Below, in pieces: positions 12,350 through 24,999 of a stretch of DNA of 64,000 nt; the stretch's first letter is position 1; the number at the start of each line of letters is the position of its first letter. The notes under the pieces were generated by a model, which saw nothing but the letters and a program-made list of their open reading frames with translations, made no database searches and was not told the origin of the DNA. The stretch covers positions 4,898,001 through 4,962,000 of the forward strand of contig CATNEN010000005.1 of the NCBI GenBank assembly GCA_950097015.1, written 5' to 3'. A program made the translations under genes and the position numbers. This DNA comes from Macrostomum hystrix. Its lineage: Eukaryota; Animalia; Platyhelminthes.

Positions 12350-12640
12350 AGGAATGGGAATCCTACCTGTCTTTGGGGTGTGGGAATCCTACCTGTCTTC
12401 TAAGGTATGGGAATCCTACCTGTCTTCTAAGGTATGGGAATCCTACCTGTCTTCTAAGGATGGGAATCCTACCTGTCTTCTAAGGTATGGGAATCCTACC
12501 TGTCTTTTAAGGTATGGGAATCCTACCTGTCTTTGGGGTGTGGGAATCCTACCTGTCTTTTAAGGTATGGGAATCCTAACTGCCTTTTAAGGTGTGGGAA
12601 TCCTACCTGTCTTTGACGTGTGGAATCGTACCTGAGTTTG
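12350..12640. repeat. 27-bp minisatellite (GGTATGGGAATCCTACCTGTCTTCTAA)n
   Basis: About 10 tandem copies. Confidence 0.92.
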
Positions 12641-12854
12641 AGGTGTGGTATATTATATTCATTTGAGCTATAGAATCCTACCTGTGTTTTGAAACAATTG
12701 AATCATTAAGCGAAGACGACAACCAATGTACACTACTCTGCTAAGTAGTTAGTTTTGCTTAAAATTTTCGCTTTCGGTTGTTTTTGTTTAAAATCCTAAT
12801 TATTTTAGGCTGAAAATGACTAAACGACTAAATTAAGCTTCATTTAACTGTTAA

Positions 12855-12998
12855 ACCGAAAGACATCGTCCTTCACAAGACCGAAATTTTACAACGCCGA
12901 AAAGTAAAAATGCGGACCCCTTCACAAGTCCCTTGAAAAGGACAATGCAATGTGAAGTTTCGGTCTTGTGAAGGACGATGTCTTTCGGTCTTGTGAAG
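12855..12998. repeat. Perfect 32-bp inverted repeat (12855-12886 / 12958-12989) plus a 16-bp direct duplication
   Basis: ACCGAAAGACATCGTCCTTCACAAGACCGAAA is the exact reverse complement of TTTCGGTCTTGTGAAGGACGATGTCTTTCGGT. Confidence 0.9.
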
Positions 12999-14539
12999 CC
13001 ACCCCGGCAGCCGGAGTGCCTCAACCCAGGCCCGCACACGCACAGACCTGGCCAAACCAGGGGAGGACTTAGATGCCTGAAGGGTAGGGACGAGAGGACC
13101 AAGCCACGCGCGCAGACGGCTGGTGAAGCCTCGCCACTCAGAGCACGCATGGTTGGTGCACACCCGCCCCACCCCCCATACAACGCCTCACACCCGGCCC
13201 AACGCGCAAACACGAACTCAAACAAGCAGGCATGCAGAAGGCAGGGGTTAAGCTACTTTTTAATTAGCTTTGGTTGCACATAATAAGGTGCATCTCCGCA
13301 AGTCACTACTTCGCAAACCTCCAACTAAGCCCCGAAGTAATCGTGACTTGGAAAGTGAGGCAGCGACACTAGCCGCTGACCCACTCAGCCCCAAAGCCAT
13401 CACAGTAAACACAGTCCAACAATGCGTATATGACCTTATGGCATCACATTGTCCTAATTCGTCTTATTTGGCTGCTCCATCTATGCAATCCGTTTTAATA
13501 ATTATATACTCGTATGAATAAAACAGCACAAAGCAGCTTCGGCTAATGAAAAAAGCATATGCGCATAGAATACCAAAAAAATTATTATGGGCCAGCCATG
13601 GCGAAAAAACGGAGCTGTTGTTGCAAAACTTGCGACCACGCTTGCTTAAAGTAGAGCTATTCGCCTAGGACTATTGTCTATTGTGCTGAAATCTTTCGCG
13701 GTTTTTCCATAGAAAAATGAAGAGGATGAAGTGAAGAAATTCTAGGCAGTTATTTAATTAAAAAATTCTTTTCATCCGCATCTTCTGTTGTATCTATATA
13801 TACTGCGGCAAAGGGAATCCGTATCTGTTAAGCTTTACAGCTGACGAAACCAAGTTTAGCGCATTTCTATTTCAAAACTCTTCCACTGGATTATCTGTGT
13901 AAGTATTCGGAGTAAATCCTGAATTTCTAATTAGTAGGACTACCAAGCCATTTTGCCGCCCGTTTTTATACAATTTTTTTGGCAGCGCCCAAATGCTAAC
14001 AGCGTTGGGTGGTGACTGATTGGTTGACAGACTAGGCGATGGTGTCCTGTGGTTGAGTTGCGCCTAATATTTTGGCTTGAGCATTGAAATTTGAGAAATT
14101 CGCGTCAGGGTGTCCATAGTAGCTTAGTTCAACCTGTTGTAGCCCTTGAAGGTCCAGCAGTCTGTCTAGATAAAGGTAGGTGACAAAGGTAGGTGACAAA
14201 GGTAGGTCTCCGAAGACGGAGATGATGCAGGCACATTCGGGTGACATGCTGATAAAGTTTGAAGGTCTGGAAAGGCCGCACTGAGGCGCAGTGCAAATTC
14301 GTGTAAGGGGTGTATGAAATACACTAGCTCTTATCGGACCTTCGGCCAGAAACATTGAATATCTCGACGGTCTGAAGAGCTGGCGACTTGTTTCTTGTTT
14401 CAGAAGATGCGCAACAAAAAGTTGGCCCGTGTTCTTGAGTTTCGTGTGCTTGCATTGTTCCGCTCGGGTGCAGCAAAAAAAATTGTCAGGGGAAAATTCC
14501 CCCCCCCTTGGTAGTTCTACTGCTAATCCCCCCAGGGGA

Positions 14540-14625
14540 AAAAACCACGGAGGTATTTCAAATACCCACATCCTTACTTTCACAATAGCTCCCAAACGGA
14601 ATGAAAGATTTTCGCGAAAGTGAAT
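14540..14625 (+). mobile_element. Fragment of the long-TIR MITE-like family
   Basis: GGTATTTCAAATACCCAC...ATAGCTCCCAAACGGAATG...TTTTCGCGAAAGT resembles 59795-59870 and the reverse of 46800-46875. Confidence 0.55.
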
Positions 14626-14689
14626 TGACATGAATTAACATTGCTCGGTATACACCTTTTTGGCGAATCAGTTTTTAGTTCAAAAATGT

Positions 14690-14830
14690 ATATACTACAT
14701 TATTATACTATATACTATAATGTATATATATACTATATAATATAATAGTATATAATATAATATAATATAATATAATAATATAATAATATAATATATACAA
14801 TACTATATATATACTCTATACTATATTACA
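14690..14830. repeat. AT-rich (TATAA)n-type microsatellite
   Basis: Visible TATAA/TAATA run. Confidence 0.85.
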
Positions 14831-15274
14831 AAAGTATTAAAGATAGTACAATACGAGCCATAGTCGATAACAATAGCCGCCATAGTTACATGTTTTCATT
14901 TTATGAGCAGAACATTTTTGCCACCAGACACCAGACACTTTCGGATAGAGTGTAAAACTTTAGCCAGGGGATTTAGATGGCGATTGGTTGAATATTCTAG
15001 GAGATACAGAAAAAAAAGAAAAAATTGGGCCTTCAAAACACGCCGTGCTCTTTCTAATGTTAAGCCAAGAATGCGTTGAGGGAGATAGCTAAGGCCATTT
15101 TTTTAAATTCGGCGATCTTTAGCGAGACATTTTGAGCAAGTTCTAGAGCAGGTACTAGCGATTTATTTTAATGTTTTTTTAGTATTCATTGTATTCACGC
15201 AATTTGTTTTGTAAGCATGCCATGCCTTCCAGCTCTGCGCACTGTGATGACATAAAAACATAGTCTCACAAGAA

Positions 15275-18200
15275 ATGACCGAAAGCAACGAGTTTGTCTG
15301 CAGCGATGGTCGCGTTGGTGAGATCTATGCTCAGCTCCTGAGAGCAATCGAGCTAAGAGACAAAAATTCAAAGCGCGAACTTTGCAACAGAATCTTACCA
15401 GAAATAAAAAACTACCCAGTCTATGCTGAGGTGTTTCTGCTAGCTGCTACTGACACGCGTCGAATAGTGCTAGAGTTTCTACTGACCGAATTCGGAAGCT
15501 TATCTTTGAAAGCGCAAGACAGTGGAGGTAGGAACTTGGTTCACTATGCTGCTTTCTACCAGAAGTACAGCAGATCACCGCCGGTTCTTTCTATGATAGT
15601 TTCGAAGATTGGCGCCAGGTCGCCTGTCTTGTTGATGAAGTGTAGAGGCGGACGCACTGCTGCGCACTATGCAGCAATCAACAAGAACAGCTCGAGTTCA
15701 CTTCGTTGGTTGATTGAGACGCAAAATGTCAACTTGCTTTTCATCGAAGATAAAAATCGAGACACGGCATTCTGTCTTGCGATACAACATCAAGACGTTT
15801 TCACAGTGCAAGCTCTACTTAGTAAGATTGGAGTGGAGAAGCTGCTCACTCGTGACTCGCTAGAACGCAACGCGCTCTACTTCGCAGTGCAAAATGAAAA
15901 CTCAATCGATGTGATTGACGTAGTTTGTCAGGTTTTGGATAGCGCGAATCGAAGCTCAGTCCTGAGATTTCTACAAGGCTCCAATTATAACGGAACTTTC
16001 CTGCACCAGTGTGCCCTCGCTTTCAATGGTAAAAATGTTGCTCGCCTTGTGAGAGGTCTAGCACCTGTGCTTAATTACCCAAGTCCACAGGCCGCGTTAA
16101 AGAATTCCTTAGACGATGCGGGTAGGAACCCGCTGTTCTATGCGCTTGTTGGCAAAATTTTTCAATTATTATTCGAAGACATCGTAGACCTAAGAGAGCA
16201 TCAGTGCATCGACACCGAAGGCAACACTCTGCTTCATGCACTGTTTTACGCATTCGACCTTCGAGCTACCATCGATGCTGAGCAGCTAGCCAACGCCGCC
16301 AGAGTCCTCATTCAGGCGGAAGTTAATCCGCTTTTAGAGAATTCGCGAAAACTGAACTGCCTATTGGCGACAAATATTGATACGGACAGTTTGAGTGCCA
16401 TTCTTGCACACCTTGCAGACACTGAGTTGAAGCGAACTTTTAAAAAGTTACAAAGCAACTCTGAGGGACTGCACGCTGCACACCTATTCTGTGGCCGATA
16501 CGACATTCGGAAGCTCGAGTCATCACTCAGCAGGCTCTTTGACCTCAGTCCTAGCGAGCTCTGGTCGATTCGGGTGTCTGACGGTCCGTTGAAGGGTGCT
16601 ACGTGCCTTCATTTCGCCTGCGCAGCTGGTAACGTTGAGAACATCGAGCACCTCCTTGACAACGGATTGAGTCTGTTCTCTCAAACTGTGGCGGAGCAAA
16701 CTTGCATCGACTTTGCCTGCGACAGTGGAAAGCTTCACGTCCTTATTAAAGCATCGGTCTGTTCAAACATTGATCTAAGCGAGATTTTGAAGAGTGTTGA
16801 TCTCCCCAAAAGAGCGCTGCAGCTTCCAGACCTTCAAAGTGCAAGGGCTTGCTTAAGAGCTTACAGACCAGCAGACATGCCAGTAGGAGTCGTGAAACGC
16901 TTTCAGGAAGCAGTCTTCCTACCAACGGAGGTAGAAATCATCATAGATGCATTGAAAAGGGACTCAAGTGAAATGCTAAGGTCGATGTTAAAACTAAACT
17001 TAAACACCGATGTGAGCTCGGTGTCAATATTGATGCATTACGATGCTACAGGTGTATCAGACGAATCAGAGGACAGCACTTTTGATGAGCTCGTTGAAAT
17101 TCTTGCTTTTATGCGTTTTGCTGACTTGCGCGTCAAATGCTTGAATTGCCCCGTGTCTGAATGTGCTATACGCCATCAGAAGCCAAAGTTTCTGTCTGAC
17201 TGGATGCTTTTGAACCAGTTTGAAATAATTCCGCGCACAATGCAGCTAATAATTAGGATTAGTAATTACAGAAATACTAATTTCCGGAAAATTAATAAAA
17301 TCCTAGATAGGACTCCGGAAAACAAGCTTTTCGAGCCATACGAACACGCCTTGACGCAGGTCATCAACGTACTTGAAGTGTTATTCCACAATGCGTCCAG
17401 CCATGAGCGTGATTTGCTTATCGACTACATGGAAGGAAACTTTACGGATTCAAAAAGCGACCCTGGACCAAAGTTTGCCTGTAAAGAGAGCTCAGGTGAC
17501 AAGGGTGCCAAAGCCGTAGTGGAGCTTGCTTTCAATATTGACTCTGACGAACTGTTTGCAACAAAGTGCATGATAAAACTAGTGAATCGACGGTGGAATA
17601 TGCCATCAGAGAAGTTGTTTCCTTCGGAAATGATTGCTAGCCGGTGCACCATACCAAGGATGATGATTCGGCAAAAGTTTATCGTGCACTTCGGTTTCCT
17701 ATCTATATTTGCCTTTTTTTTCTCTTGGTACCTCGTGGACTTTGGTCGAACATTGGAGAATCCTGCTGCTGATATTATTTTGCTGATGTACTCGCTCTCA
17801 TTAATAATGCAGGACTTCACTGACAGTTACCTAAATGTATCTCCAATTTTCAATTTTTCTTCAAGAAAAAAACATACTAACAAGTCCAATTCAGTGTTGA
17901 TTCATATGAGTAAGTGGTTCTACGGCTACGATCAGTGGTGCTCTTATTTGCTTTTTGCAGCCATTGTGATGAAGTTCCACGCACGAGTGAGCAACCCGGG
18001 ACTCCTGTACAACTGCCATATTGTCATGAGTACGTCTCTATTATTCTTCGTAGTTCGAGTTATAAGAATATTGGGCTATTTTAGGAGAGCCGGGACAATT
18101 CTTGCTATCATGGCTGATTCAAGTTTCAACATCGCAATGACACTATCGATAGTGTTTGTCTTTATCTGCGCATTCGGAATATTTTTCTATACTCTACTCT

Positions 18201-20224
18201 TCCCGATCGCGTCGGCTTCTGATGTTCGCGACGGCGCCGCAGTCATGCAGCAGCTCCTGCTTTTGCCATCGTCTCTGGTGTTCGGGTACTTTGAGAGGGC
18301 CGAGTTCTTGGTGTGTGGCTCGGGAAACAAAACTAACTGGTCCGATTGCGTTGATCCAACTGGATACAATGCCTTCAAAATACTGATGTTTGCATTCCTG
18401 ATTATCGTCAACATTCTTCTGTGGAACATCATGATTGGCCAGCTGAATGAAACAGTCAAGGGAATTCAGCCGCGAGTGCAGTGCATTTGGAGGCGGCATC
18501 GGTGCAGCCTGCTCAAGGAGATGACCAACATGAGTCCGATTCCGCTGCCATTTTCCTTTGTAGACTACACAATGCTTATTGGCGTAGGTTGCTGGAAACG
18601 CTATAAAAAAAATCGAGCTTCCATCCGAGCAGTGCATGCAGATGACGACGAGGTGAGAGTTTAATGATCGACTGAGCTATTAGATTAAAAAATCATTATA
18701 TGAAGAAAAAAATGTAGAAAAAACTTTTCGCAAATTCCTATTTTTGTCCATGAGCAAGACACTTATGCCGACGTAGACCATGCTTCAGCTCATATGCTGT
18801 GAACTTGCTGTAAGCTGTAAAATGGGTAACAGCATTCGCTGGGGTAGAAATTTGTACTAGTGTGGCAGCCTATAATAATAATAATAATTTCAGGAGGGCT
18901 GCGGGCAATGGCACATCATTTGGTGACACTAGACCCGCAGCCAGCGAGGAGGCAATTCTGCCCATTTCGCTGACTCCTGAGCACACACGCACACAGATAC
19001 TGTACGCAGGCACATCTCACACAGGTGTGTACATCTGCCCTGACTTTCTCATTGTCAGGCAGTGTGCACTTTCACTGTGCCTTGGAGGTTGGCCCTCAAT
19101 GGCGTAAATTGCTCGACAAGCCCCCAAGCCTTCTCTCCGCGGCTGCGCCCCAAATAAATGTGGCTCCGCCGTGGAATCGAACTTAGGGACCGTGGTGCGA
19201 GAGGCAAACGCGTTAACCGCTCTGCCATCGACCCCCGTGTGGCAGCCTCACACTAATTATAATAATGAATAACACCTGCCCCAATTGGACCAGATGTGCA
19301 GACGACAGCACAGCTTCAGCAATAGCGCGGCGCATCTGAAGGCTGCGTACGGCTGTTCAGTCCATGGACTGGGCGATGGCACACCCACCCTCAATTAATC
19401 CAGCTAAAGCATTAAACAGCTGGGTGAACTTAAGCAATGCAGAGTTACGTGTGTCTTTCTAAAGGGCACAAAAAGTTCTAGTGGACCTAGGAATCGAACC
19501 TCCGACCTTCAAGTCGTGAGTCCGACGCTCTAGAAACTAGGATACAAACCCTCAATGTGCTGCTCAGCTTGAATAGATAAGGGAGACATACAGCTTGAAC
19601 ACAGACATTGAAATGGAAACTTACGTTTGTCTGCATCTCTTTGAGCAGGCGCAAGAAAAGCCGAGTCACTGGTGGCAGGAGCGCCAATCGTTCGCCAACT
19701 ATCCGCAAGGCTATCGACGCTTTCTCACGTTCCAAGCTGAGCAGCTGAGGCGGCACCGGGGCAATCTTCGACGACCGATTGAGTCGGGGCGAAGCAACAC
19801 GGAAAAGTGTATTGCGCGCACGCAGAATCTTCAGACTGACCTGCAGGACAACCTGGCTAGGCTGACTGCCGAATTAAAGTACGCGATTCACGACGGTCTT
19901 GGTAAGCATGCGCGGCCTTGGGTACCCAGACCGCCACAATAAGATGAGACAAAGACTGCTGATACAAATATATCGTCAAATTTTAACTAGATAATTGACT
20001 GTAAGAATAATTAAGACTGTTCGTTAACCTGTACTGTCTTCTACAGTTAACTTGTTAACTTTAAAACGCTTCACTAGAGGCACTTAGAGTATTATGGAGA
20101 CAATTACTCGTATGTTCGCGAATATTTTTTGATTGCTTTCCAGCTTTCCAGCTTTCCTGCAGAGCAGCATTCTATGCACAAGTATTCAAGTAGAAGTACT
20201 TCGCAGGCCGAGGAGACCTTTTAG
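15275..20224 (+). CDS. TRP-superfamily cation channel: about 11 N-terminal ankyrin repeats, TRPM-like 6TM pore, TRP box and coiled coil; exons 15275-18652, 19649-19901 and tentatively 20163-20224
   Basis: Ankyrin motifs GRNLVHYAA, GRTAAHYAA, ERNALYFAV, GRNPLFYAL, GNTLLHAL, GATCLHFACAAGN. S4-S5 FFVVRVIRILGYFRRAGTILAIM..AFGIFFYTLLFP; S6/TRP box NILLWNIMIGQLNETV..WRRHR..SPIPLPF. The ORF ends at a donor GAG|GTGAGA (18652/3) that joins in phase 0 to CAG|GCG at 19649, a coiled-coil-like exon. The last exon is unresolved. Confidence 0.85.
18872..19236 (-). mobile_element. Full-length tRNA-derived SINE family A with 12-bp TSD
   Basis: Head GGGGGTCGATGGCAGAGCGGTTAACGCG...GTTCGATTCCAC (A and B boxes); (TTA)n tail; TSD GTGTGGCAGCCT at 18860-18871 and 19237-19248. 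Confidence 0.93.
19255..19532 (-). mobile_element. tRNA-derived SINE family B copy in TRP intron 1
   Basis: The - strand reads CTAGAGCGTCGGACTCACGACTTGAAGGTCGGAGGTTCGATTCC (tRNA-like), then the shared body and an ATT-rich tail. Confidence 0.87.
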
Positions 20225-20309
20225 AAAAAAATTGCAGTGTGTAGATAAGAGATAATGAGAGAGGGATGATGACATTATTTGCGAAAGATATGGGACACAG
20301 GAAATATTA

Positions 20310-20885
20310 GACAGAGGAGAGATGAGACAGGGAGAAATGCGACTGGGAGAGATAAGAGAGATATGGGACAGAAGCAATGCTACGGGGAGATGTGAGACAG
20401 ATGTGGGACAGGAGAGATGCGACTGGGAGATATGAGACAGATGTGGGACAGGAGAGATGAGACTGGGAGATATGAGACAGATGTGGGACAGGAGAGATGC
20501 GACTGGGGGATATGAGACAGATGTGGGACAGGAGAGATGCGACTGGGGGATATGAGACAGATGTGGGACAGGAGAGATGAGACTGGGAGATATGAGACAG
20601 ATGTGGGACAGGAGAGATGAGACTGGGAGATATGAGACAGATGTGGGACAGGAGAGATGCGACTGGGAGATATGAGACAGATGTGGGACAGGAGAGATGC
20701 GACTGGGAGATATGAGACAGATGTGGGACAGAGGAGAGATGAGACTGGGAGATATGAGACAGATGTGGGACAGAGGAGAGATGAGACTGGGAGATATGAG
20801 ACAGATGTGGGACAGGAGAGATGCGACTGGGAGATATGAGACAGATGTGGGACAGAGGAGAGATGAGACAGGGGAGAGTTGAGAC
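20310..20885. repeat. 40-bp GA-rich minisatellite (GAGATGCGACTGGGAGATATGAGACAGATGTGGGACAGGA)n
   Basis: Identical register at 20401, 20521 and 20641 (3x40); related to the reverse complement of the 16-mer at 21575-24740. Confidence 0.93.
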
Positions 20886-21574
20886 AGGTTGAGGTAAGAC
20901 CGGGAAGGGCCCGAATCCTTTGCCAACACGTGAGATTTGAGGTCCCGAGAATGTTGACCCTTGACTTGATAATTTTTTATTGACAACTGAAGAATTTTCC
21001 CCTTCGTGTGCTCACGCGAATATTGAGATTTTACTCCTGCTCACTGATTTATCCCATAAACTATCTAACACCTTAATTAGACAATTAGATTGCTTCTTAA
21101 TTAGTTCGTATCTCTTTGAAAAAGCAGAACTGTTAATTCAATTTTTTTTAGAATTCAACCGACCTTACTAAACTACTTTAAAGCGGAATTGAAGACTTTA
21201 GATATTTTAAAGCTGAAAATAGCTCGTATGTGTATTGCGTGTTTGCCTTGGCAAGTATTATATGCCATGAATACTCAAGATTGCCTTTTGCAAAATCATG
21301 TGTTAAACAACTTTATTTCTGTTTTATAACTAAGTATAGTGCTAACAAAATTTTTATTTTTATGTGCACAAAGTTCTGATAAAATCTATTTTTTATTACT
21401 ATTAGAAAGTTGATTTTCCGTGTAACAACAAGCGTACAAACAGAAGTGCATAAAGTGTTATTAATTTACTATTTAAATTTACCCAAGAGAGTGCCATTCG
21501 TTCATGTACGAGAATATTGGTACGTTTTTCCAACTTGAAGATGACTTGCTAAGAATTTTAAAAGGGAAAAATTC

Positions 21575-24500
21575 GCTACCGTGTCTCATCTCTCCCGTGT
21601 CTCATCTCTGCCTTTTCTCATCTCTCCCTTGTCTCATCTCTCCCATTTCTCATCTCTCCCTTGTCTCATCTCTCCCTTGTCTCATCTCTCCCTTTTCTCA
21701 TCTCTCATGTGTCTCTCTCTCCCGTGTCTCTCTCTTCCGTGTCTCATCTCTCCCTTGTCTCATCTCTGCCTTTTCTCATCTCTCCCTTGTCTCATCTCTC
21801 CCATTTCTCATCTCTCCCTTGTCTCATCTCTCCCTTGTCTCATCTCTGCCTTTTCTCATCTCTCCCTTGTCTCATCTCTCCCTTTTCTCATCTCTCATGT
21901 GTCTCTCTCTCCCGTGTCTCTCTCTTCCGTGTCTCATCTCTCCCTTGTCTCATCTCTCCCGTGTCTTATCTCTCCCGTGTCTTAACTCTCCCGGGTCTCA
22001 TCTCTCCCGTGTCTCTCTCTCTCGCGTCCGTGTCTCATCTCTCCCTTTTCTCATCTCTCCCGTGTCTCATCTCTCCCTTGTCTCATCTCTCCCGTGTCTC
22101 ATCTCTCCCGTGTCTCATCTCTCCCGTGTCTCATCTCTCCCGTGTCTCATCTCTTCCTATCTCGTCGCTACCCTGTCTCATCTCTCCCGTGTCTCATCTC
22201 TCCCGTGTCTCATCTCTCCCGTGTCTTAACTCTCCCGGGTCTCATCTCTCCCGTGTCTCTCTCTCTCGCGTCCGTGTCTCATCTCTCCCTTTTCTCATCT
22301 CTCCCGTGTCTCATCTCTCCCTTGTCTCATCTCTCCCGTGTCTCATCTCTCCCGTGTCTTAACTCTCCCGGGTCTCATCTCTCCCGTGTCTCATCTCTTC
22401 CTATCTCGTCGCTACCCTGTCTCATCTCTCCCGTGTCTCATCTCTCCCGTGTCTCATCTCTCCCGTGTCTTAACTCTCCCGGGTCTAATCTCTCCCGTGT
22501 CTCATCTCTTCCTATCTTGTCGCTGCCGTGTCTCGTCTCTCCCTTTTCTCATCTCTCCCGTGTCTCATCTCTCCAGTGTCTTAACTCTCCCGGGTCTCAT
22601 CTCTCCAGTGTCTTAACTCTCCCGGGTCTCATCTCTCCCGTGTCTCTCTCTCTCGGATCTCATCTCTCATGTGTCTCATCTCTCCCGTGTCTCATCTCTC
22701 CCGTGTCTCATCTCTCCCGTGTCTCATCTCTCCCGTGTCTCATCTCTTCCTATCTCGTCGCTACCCTGTCTCATCTCTCCCGTGTCTCATCTCTCCCGTG
22801 TCTCATCTCTCCCGTGTCTTAACTCTCCCGGGTCTCATCTCTCCCGTGTCTCTCTCTCTCGCGTCCGTGTCTCATCTCTCCCTTTTCTCATCTCTCCCGT
22901 GTCTCATCTCTCCCTTGTCTCATCTCTCCCGTGTCTCATCTCTCCCGTGTCTTAACTCTCCCGGGTCTCATCTCTCCCGTGTCTCATCTCTTCCTATCTC
23001 GTCGCTACCCTGTCTCATCTCTCCCGTGTCTCATCTCTCCCGTGTCTCATCTCTCCCGTGTCTTAACTCTCCCGGGTCTAATCTCTCCCGTGTCTCATCT
23101 CTTCCTATCTTGTCGCTGCCGTGTCTCGTCTCTCCCTTTTCTCATCTCTCCCGTGTCTCATCTCTCCAGTGTCTTAACTCTCCCGGGTCTCATCTCTCCA
23201 GTGTCTTAACTCTCCCGGGTCTCATCTCTCCCGTGTCTCTCTCTCTCGCGTCCGTGTCTCATCTCTCCCTTTTCTCATCTCTCCCGTGTCTCATCTCTCC
23301 CTTGTCTCATCTCTCCCGTGTCTCATCTCTCCCGTGTCTTAACTCTCCCGGGTCTCATCTCTCCCGTGTCTCATCTCTTCCTATCTCGTCGCTACCCTGT
23401 CTCATCTCTCCCGTGTCTCATCTCTCCCGTGTCTCATCTCTCCCGTGTCTTAACTCTCCCGGGTCTAATCTCTCCCGTGTCTCATCTCTTCCTATCTTGT
23501 CGCTGCCGTGTCTCGTCTCTCCCTTTTCTCATCTCTCCCGTGTCTCATCTCTCCAGTGTCTTAACTCTCCCGGGTCTCATCTCTCCAGTGTCTTAACTCT
23601 CCCGGGTCTCATCTCTCCCGTGTCTCTCTCTCTCGCGTCCGTGTCTCATCTCTCCCTTTTCTCATCTCTCCCGTGTCTCATCTCTCCCTTGTCTCATCTC
23701 TCCCGTGTCTCATCTCTCCCGTGTCTTAACTCTCCCGGGTCTCATCTCTCCCGTGTCTCATCTCTTCCTATCTCGTCGCTACCCTGTCTCATCTCTCCCG
23801 TGTCTCATCTCTCCCGTGTCTCATCTCTCCCGTGTCTTAACTCTCCCGGGTCTAATCTCTCCCATGTCTCATCTCTTCCTATCTTGTCGCTGCCGTGTCT
23901 CGTCTCTCCCTTTTCTCATCTCTCCCGTGTCTCATCTCTCCAGTGTCTTAACTCTCCCGGGTCTCATCTCTCCAGTGTCTTAACTCTCCCGGGTCTCATC
24001 TCTCCCGTGTCTCTCTCTCTCGGATCTCATCTCTCATGTGTCTCATCTCTCCCTTTTCTCATCTCTCCCGTGTCTCATCTCTCCCTTGTCTCATCTCTCC
24101 CGTGTCTCATCTCTCCCTTGTCTCATCTCTCCCGTGTCTCATCTCTCCCGTGTCTTAACTCTCCCGGGTCTCATCTCTCCCGTGTCTCATCTCTTCCTAT
24201 CTCGTCGCTACCCTGTCTCATCTCTCCCGTGTATCATCTCTCCCGTGTCTCATCTCTCCCGTGTCTTAACTCTCCCGGGTCTAATCTCTCCCGTGTCTCA
24301 TCTCTTCCTATCTTGTCGCTGCCGTGTCTCGTCTCTCCCTTTTCTCATCTCTCCCGTGTCTCATCTCTCCAGTGTCTTAACTCTCCCGGGTCTCATCTCT
24401 CCAGTGTCTTAACTCTCCCGGGTCTCATCTCTCCCGTGTCTCTCTCTCTCGGATCTCATCTCTCATGTGTCTCATCTCTCCCTTTTCTCATCTCTCCCGT

Positions 24501-24740
24501 GTCTCATCTCTCCCTTGTCTCATCTCTCCCGTGTCTCATCTCTCCCTTGTCTCATCTCTCCCGTGTCTCATCTCTCCCTTGTCTCATCTCTCCCGTGTCT
24601 CATCTCTCCCGTGTCTCATCTCTCCCTTGTCTCATCTCTCCCGTGTCTCATCTCTCCCCTGTCTCATCTCTCCCGTGTCTCATCTCTCCCGTGTCTCATC
24701 TCTCCCGTGTCTCATCTCTCCCCTGTCTTAACTCTCTTTT
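21575..24740. repeat. 16-bp CT-rich minisatellite (TCTCCCGTGTCTCATC)n with a 387-bp higher-order repeat
   Basis: 3.2-kb array; identical blocks recur at 22931, 23318 and 23705. Confidence 0.97.
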
Positions 24741-24999
24741 GTCTCATTTCTCTCTTTCACATTTTATCTGTTGGTTTATTCTCTGCTTAATTTTCACCAA
24801 GTAACTCTTGATTGAATTACTATTTTTCTTTTTATATTTCTTACGTGTTTTATTGTTGAATAATAGCCGAAGGAGCGGACTGATATTTTGTGATATTTAA
24901 TTGATTAATTATAATTGTAAGTTCATAGCTAGCTTGCTGAATTCGACCAAAATGGTCATCATTTATTTTGACCTACGATTTATGCTAACATCAGTATTT

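Noticed and set aside
12855-13860. Hammerhead ribozyme in the hairpin, at CTGACGA (13840) or in the SINE-A stem-loop
   Set aside because: No complete CUGANGA...GAAA...UH core with matching stems could be assembled
14032-14631. 199-aa - strand ORF
   Set aside because: Non-ATG start, overlaps a MITE fragment and a short triple repeat, and has no domain signature
19160-19236. tRNA gene (also 19480-19532 and 54930-54950)
   Set aside because: A/B boxes are present but the acceptor and anticodon stems do not close, and they are fused to repeated SINE bodies
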